This document shows positions 26,715 to 31,247 of a DNA stretch of 31,247 nucleotides, piece by piece (positions within the stretch are counted from its first letter, which is position 1; every line of letters starts with the position of its first letter). A program made the translations under genes and the position numbers. Source of the stretch: Candidatus Heimdallarchaeota archaeon (lineage in GTDB: Archaea; Asgardarchaeota; Heimdallarchaeia; Heimdallarchaeales; Heimdallarchaeaceae). Location: the NCBI GenBank assembly GCA_030668875.1, contig DAOVER010000032.1, positions 1 to 31,247 on the forward strand, written 5' to 3'. The notes beneath the pieces are model-generated. The model saw nothing but the letters and a program-made list of their open reading frames with translations. It made no database searches and was not told the DNA's origin.

Positions 26715-27963
26715 ATGACGAAAGTTCCTAGGGTGGAATGTATAGAAGTAAAGTATCAGCCTAGTTTAAGCAAGATTTGTCATCAAGTAAAAAATCTCTA
26801 TAATCGAGCGAATTTTCTGATAAAAACCTCCCTGAACAAACAGAACAAGCTCCTCTTTTACAATGATCTCAACAAGCTACTCAACCATGAGGAATGCTAC
26901 CGTGTTCTTCCTGCTCACACTGCCCAACATACCCTCAAACTCCTCACTCGAAACTGGAGAGGGTATTTTCGAGCAATGAAAGAATGGAAAGCCAACCCTG
27001 GAGATTTTTTCTCAATGCCCCACCCACCTAATTACAAAAAAAAGGATGGGGAAGTGGTAGCTATCTTCACTAACCAACAAGCGAGGATTGTTAATGGATG
27101 GTTGGTTTTGCCGAAAAAAGTGGGATACACCTACAAAACACGGTTGACCTCCCATACTGATTTACGAGAGGTGAGAATTATTCCAAGAAGAGTAGGGTAT
27201 ACCCTAGAATTAGTCTATCAGAAAACCTTACCTAAACTCCGCAAAAAATTGATAAGAAAGGGGGGGGTAGATTTAGGGATGATCAACCTTGCCACCTTTG
27301 TGGATAACCTCGGTGGGCAACCGATTGTTATCAAAGATGTAGGAAAAGGGATAAAATCCATAACACAATATTATTTGAAGAAACAGAAACAATTGCAGAT
27401 ACAATATGCTCAACAGCAAAGACAAAAACTGAAAGGAAGGAACCGATTGACCTATGGTCATACCTACTACAAACTCCGAGAAAAGTGGAGGAGGAAACTG
27501 AAAGACGCTATCCACAAGCTCACCTGCTATTTTGGTTGACTTGTGGGAGGAAAGAGGGCTACACGAGGTTATCATCGGTTATAATGAGAAGTGGAAACAA
27601 GGGGTGCAGTTCTGGAAGAAGATCACCCAGATGTTCGTCACCATACCCTTTCTACGTATCATCAACATCTTGAAGTATAAGGGAGCAGAGCGAGGGATAA
27701 AGGTAGAGATGATTCCCGAAGAATACACTTCCAAGTGTAGTTTCCTTGACAATGAATTCCCCAAAGAACGGAAAAGGTACAAGGGAAAAAGGATCCACCG
27801 AGGGTTGTTTCGTTCTGCTCAAGGCCACTTGATCAATGCTGATGTTAATGCTGCGTATAATATTCTGATAAAAAGCGATCCGAAAGCTTTGTCTAAACGC
27901 AAGGTGAACGGGGTAGGAGGATACGTAATGTATCCACAGAGAGTGAGTATAGAACTGTTATAG
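26715..27963 (+). pseudogene. tnpB: TnpB RNA-guided endonuclease, split by a +1 frameshift
   Basis: CHQVKNLYNRANF, GGVDLGMINL (RuvC-I), IPEEYTSKCSFLD, RGLFRS, NADVNAAYNI (RuvC-III). Extra T in the T4 run at 27530-27533 splits ORFs 26715-27539 and 27532-27963. Confidence 0.92.
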
Positions 27964-28008
27964 TACTATATGTTGACCTCTAATAAAGACACTCGACTAA
28001 AGTTGTCC

Positions 28009-28043
28009 TAATATGACAACAAGACAAAAACTCATCATGACTT
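28009..28043 (+). repeat. Right inverted repeat of the tnpB element
   Basis: TAATATGACAACAAGACAAAAACTCATCATGACTT; overlaps the hairpin GTTGTC-N7-GACAAC (28002-28020). Confidence 0.85.
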
Positions 28044-28178
28044 GGATTATACTCGTTGCTACACTAAGATACTACTGTTTCAAAAAATTTACTCTTCAAT
28101 AAATGGAAAACATATACCTAACTTCCGTTAGAGTAATGATACCAAATAATTTATGAATTTGGAAAGAGAGTCTACCTC

Positions 28179-29216
28179 ATGTCCTTCGAAATCGTAGATA
28201 TTGAACCTCTTTCTGAAAAGGATGAACTGCTTAATCTATATCTTGATTTAGATGACAAAATCAGAAGAGAGTATTTTCCTAAAGACCCAATTACCCCCCG
28301 TGGAGTCTCATTGGAAAAGATTAAGCAACAAATTCCAGGTATTTTATATTTTAGAAAAGCCATTCTAGATCAACAGAGAAACATTATAATCGCTAGGCTC
28401 ATTTTGAAAATGTTTACAAAAAAGCATCAAGAGTATCATAGCAACAAGCACATCGCTGCACTGGATATCAATGTAATTAGGGAATATCGGGATGAAAAAT
28501 ATGCTGACATATTATTCAAGGAAGCAATTAAGATCATTAAGAAGTATAAGGACATCTCTATAGTTGAAGGATGCTGCATCTGGCAACAAGAGTGGGAAAT
28601 GTGGCAAAAACATGGAGCAAAGGAGACATATTCAGCTGATGTAAATCGAGTATATCTGGACGAAATTGATTGGGATATGATGAATGATTGGAGAGAAAAA
28701 GGGCTAGAAAGAGCTAAAGCTGAGGAGATTACACTTGAGATTTTTGAGAACTGTCCAGAAGAAATTATAGACGAGTATACAACTCTCTATTATGAAATAT
28801 TAACATTAGTACCTTGGGGTGACATTGAATGGTCACCTCCTGAAGAGACACCAGAATACAGAAGAATCAAGGAAGAAAGACATGCAAAGATGGGTGAAAA
28901 GTGGTACACAATTATCACTAAAGAAAAAGATGGCAAGATAAGTGGATTAACAGAAATCCTCTATGATCCTAAGGATGATTACTGGGTTCATCAACTGTTA
29001 ACAGGTGTTAAGCTAGAGTATAGGGATAGAGGTCTAGGAAAATGGTTGAAGACTGAGATATTATCTTTCATCCAGGAAAAGTTACCAAAAGTCATCTTGT
29101 TGCATACTGGTAATGCGGAAGTTAATGCGCCCATGCTTTCGATTAATGAACGAATAGGTTTTAAGAGATATCTAACAGACAAGTGTTTTACAGTTAAATT
29201 AGAAAAAATAGTATGA
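28179..29216 (+). CDS. Tandem-domain GNAT N-acetyltransferase (paralog 2)
   Basis: TGVKLEYRDRGLGKWLK and TGNAEVNAPMLSINERIGF; colinear with 21341-22390 from MSFEI onward. Confidence 0.88.
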   Translation: MSFEIVDIEPLSEKDELLNLYLDLDDKIRREYFPKDPITPRGVSLEKIKQQIPGILYFRKAILDQQRNIIIARLILKMFTKKHQEYHSNKHIAALDINVIREYRDEKYADILFKEAIKIIKKYKDISIVEGCCIWQQEWEMWQKHGAKETYSADVNRVYLDEIDWDMMNDWREKGLERAKAEEITLEIFENCPEEIIDEYTTLYYEILTLVPWGDIEWSPPEETPEYRRIKEERHAKMGEKWYTIITKEKDGKISGLTEILYDPKDDYWVHQLLTGVKLEYRDRGLGKWLKTEILSFIQEKLPKVILLHTGNAEVNAPMLSINERIGFKRYLTDKCFTVKLEKIV

Positions 29217-29291
29217 TTTTTTAGTTGTACTTAGTGATTTTTCATTTAGGAAATGAGGGGATTAGAGAGAGAATGAAAGAAGAATACTTGT

Positions 29292-30998
29292 TTATTCTTC
29301 ATCATCTTCTTCTTGGATCTTATCTTTGAGCTCTTTTAATTCATTTTTCAAATCGATTATATCTTCCTTTAAATTGCTCATTTCATTATCTAAATCTCGA
29401 ATCTCTTTGGTGATTCTGCTAGCTTTCTTAAAATCATCTTCTGATTCAATTTGGCTAAGCATAGTTTTTTGTATGTTTAATTCTGTTTCTAATTCTCTAT
29501 ACAAAGTCTCTAATTTTTTATCCTTTAGAACAATTTCTTCCTGTGTTCTCTCTAACCTTCCTCTCTCTTTCTTAGATTTCTTGATAAGTTCAAGAAGCTC
29601 GTTGTGACATTTCTCAAGAGCTTCTTTATTGGTTTTAGAATTATCCCGACAATCACCAATATCTTCATCTATTTTTTCTAGCTCTTTTTCATGTTTCTTT
29701 ATTTTCTTCTCGTCAGTTTCTGTTGCTAGGAAGGTTTTAATCTCTTTCATTTCTCGCTCTTTTTCTTTGATATCTGTTTTTAATTCAGCTATGTCTTCTT
29801 TGTATTTTTGCTTAGTTTTGGTATACTTCTCAATATCTTTCTCAAAATCCTCGATTTTCTTCTCAAATTCCTTTAGCTCTTTATTCTTATCTGAGGATGT
29901 GAGTTTTATCTCTTCGATTTGATTATTAAGAGCGAGTATTTCCTGTTCAATTTGAGCGAATTTATCAAAATCTTCTTTAATATCAACAATCTCTTTCAGA
30001 TTCTTTTCCTTTTCTAGCTTGATTTCTAACTCTTTGTATTTGTCTTGTATTTGAAGGTCTATATGATGGATTTCAGTTTCAACGCTTGTAATCCTACTTT
30101 TGTCAGTTTCTAGCTTTTGTTTAAGATTATCAAGTTCTAACTTTATGTCTTGAACTTTTTGTTCTGCAATCTCAGACTTCTCTGTAATTTCTTTAGTTTC
30201 TGCAATTAGAATTTGAATTTTAGATTCATCCTTTTCTTCTTCAGGAGAATTTTCTAATGTTTGTCTCTTTTTATTATTTTCACGTAAAGTTCTGTTCAAA
30301 TCCCTAACAGTATCTTGTTTGATTTTAACCTCTTTAGACACCAACTCAATTCTTTCCTCTTCAAGAACAAGTTTATCTTTGATTTGTGATATTTCTTCTA
30401 CTGACTGTTCTTTTTCAACCTCTAATTTTTTGATACCATCTGTTAATTCACGAATTTCTAACTCTATTTTTTCTATATTTGATATATCAGATTTGGATGC
30501 GCCTAATAGAGTTTGAAGTTCTTTCTGTTTCTCTAATTTCTCATCCATGTTTTCATAGAGATGCTTTAAGTCTCTATCCTTTCTTCGAATATTTCGTTCG
30601 ATCAAATCCATTTGACCTATATCTATTAGTTTCTCAATTTTTGTGACATACTTCTGGATGGTGTTGATTTGTAGTTCTCCATCGACAACAAGTTTTCTGA
30701 AAAACAATGCCAAATTAGAGTTTTCACCTAGTTTTAAAATAAGAACGTCAACACTTTCAGTATCGAATAATAGCTGATTATAATTTTTGAAATCATAATT
30801 ACAAACCTCATAGAGTTTTTTAAAGCTAGAAAGAATATCAGCTAAATCATCACCTAGTTTTGGTATGTTTACCGATTCTTCAAATTGTTCGAAAGTGGTT
30901 TGAAAAACAGTTCCATCGTCGAAAAACATAGCTATGTGTTCAACTTCTGGGAGTGCTTTTCTTATTCTATCTATTGTTTTTTGTACCATTTTTTTCAC
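29292..30998 (-). CDS. Roadblock/LC7(MglB)-like N-terminal domain fused to a ~440-aa repetitive coiled coil
   Basis: N-terminal about 125 aa with alpha-beta-beta-alpha-beta-beta-beta-alpha pattern (RIRKALPEVEHIAMFFDDGTVF...QLLFDT..VDVLILKLGENSNLALFF), then continuous E/K-rich heptads. No Walker motifs. Start is GTG 30998 or ATG 30989. Confidence 0.7.
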   Translation of the reverse strand: MKKMVQKTIDRIRKALPEVEHIAMFFDDGTVFQTTFEQFEESVNIPKLGDDLADILSSFKKLYEVCNYDFKNYNQLLFDTESVDVLILKLGENSNLALFFRKLVVDGELQINTIQKYVTKIEKLIDIGQMDLIERNIRRKDRDLKHLYENMDEKLEKQKELQTLLGASKSDISNIEKIELEIRELTDGIKKLEVEKEQSVEEISQIKDKLVLEEERIELVSKEVKIKQDTVRDLNRTLRENNKKRQTLENSPEEEKDESKIQILIAETKEITEKSEIAEQKVQDIKLELDNLKQKLETDKSRITSVETEIHHIDLQIQDKYKELEIKLEKEKNLKEIVDIKEDFDKFAQIEQEILALNNQIEEIKLTSSDKNKELKEFEKKIEDFEKDIEKYTKTKQKYKEDIAELKTDIKEKEREMKEIKTFLATETDEKKIKKHEKELEKIDEDIGDCRDNSKTNKEALEKCHNELLELIKKSKKERGRLERTQEEIVLKDKKLETLYRELETELNIQKTMLSQIESEDDFKKASRITKEIRDLDNEMSNLKEDIIDLKNELKELKDKIQEEDDEE

Positions 30999-30999
30999 A

Positions 31000-31247
31000 T
31001 TATGAAATAATTAAAGACCTGAATCTATTTATTCCTCTACTAATATTCGATTTTGCCTGTTCAGTACCAAATCTGGAGATTATAAAAAGTATTCCAATTG
31101 TTAGAAGAACAGCGAAAATCATAATTAAACCGATGTAGTATGTATCTATTGAAAAGAAAGTAAAATAAGCTGTACCTAAGTATAACTGAAGAAGTGTTGT
31201 AGTAAATCCTAGTTTCCAAAAGGTTATCATTTTTATTGGACGATTGT
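31000..31247 (-). CDS. Membrane protein, possibly 5'-truncated by the window edge
   Basis: Two hydrophobic segments. The frame is open from ATG 31230 to the window end. The stop abuts the start of the Roadblock gene. Confidence 0.55.
   Translation of the reverse strand, partial: NRPIKMITFWKLGFTTTLLQLYLGTAYFTFFSIDTYYIGLIMIFAVLLTIGILFIISRFGTEQAKSNISRGINRFRSLIIS

Larger units (their letters stand above)
26599..28043 (+). mobile_element. Non-autonomous tnpB-only element (IS200/IS605/IS607 superfamily-related) bounded by inverted repeats
   Basis: tnpB with visibly higher GC than the flanks; no room for tnpA; matching inverted repeats at 26599-26633 and 28009-28043. Exact ends are inferred; no target-site duplication seen. 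Confidence 0.7.

Noticed and set aside
26588-28054. Target-site duplication around the tnpB element
   Set aside because: The flanks (GATATTAGCAA left, GGATTATACTC right) share no direct repeat at either candidate boundary, so a DDE mechanism is not supported by this copy alone.
29292-30998. SMC/Rad50 or ESCRT-III/PspA assignment for the coiled-coil protein
   Set aside because: No Walker A/B, hinge or CxxC hook, and the length and Roadblock-like head do not fit ESCRT-III.
2957-31138. Short antisense or overlapping ORFs in the track (e.g. 2957-3334, 10917-11225, 11724-12026, 14119-14474, 18881-19195, 27273-27575, 29326-29922)
   Set aside because: They lie opposite or inside well-supported genes, have Ser/Phe/Ile-rich shadow composition and show no motifs.
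1-31247. CRISPR array, tRNA or rRNA genes
   Set aside because: No regularly spaced repeats of about 25-40 nt, no T-loop GTTCRA cloverleaf and no long GC-rich rRNA-like tract were seen.

Overview
AT-rich chromosomal window, most likely from an Asgard archaeon (Heimdallarchaeia-like). This taxonomy is inferred from a stand-alone longin-fold gene, a Roadblock/LC7-headed protein, TATA-type promoters and GGTGA ribosome-binding sites. Left to right: a GC-rich hairpin island at the window edge; a minus-strand operon (giant FtsX/MacB-like permease, tandem-NBD ABC ATPase, secreted six-hairpin-glycosidase-like protein); an APH-like kinase; a PadR regulator with a large insertion upstream of a heterodimeric type IV ABC exporter (TM287/288- or LmrCD-like); two tandem zinc-ribbon/TM2 paralogs; a longin-fold gene; bacterial-type pgk; two paralogous tandem GNATs; a decaying CoA-activase operon; an aldehyde:ferredoxin oxidoreductase with its 4Fe-4S subunit and MoaD/SAMP; a tnpA-less, frameshifted tnpB element; and a Roadblock plus coiled-coil protein. 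The strongest unexplained signals are three. (1) The tnpB has a rearranged RuvC site and is bounded by 35-bp inverted repeats (30/35 identical), which IS200/IS605 elements normally lack. (2) The Roadblock protein tail carries a motif repeated at 86/86/86/93-residue intervals. (3) The PadR has about 95 residues inserted inside its HTH and a perfect palindrome at its predicted transcription start. No tRNA, rRNA or CRISPR array was seen. All family calls come from motif reading by eye; no searches were run.
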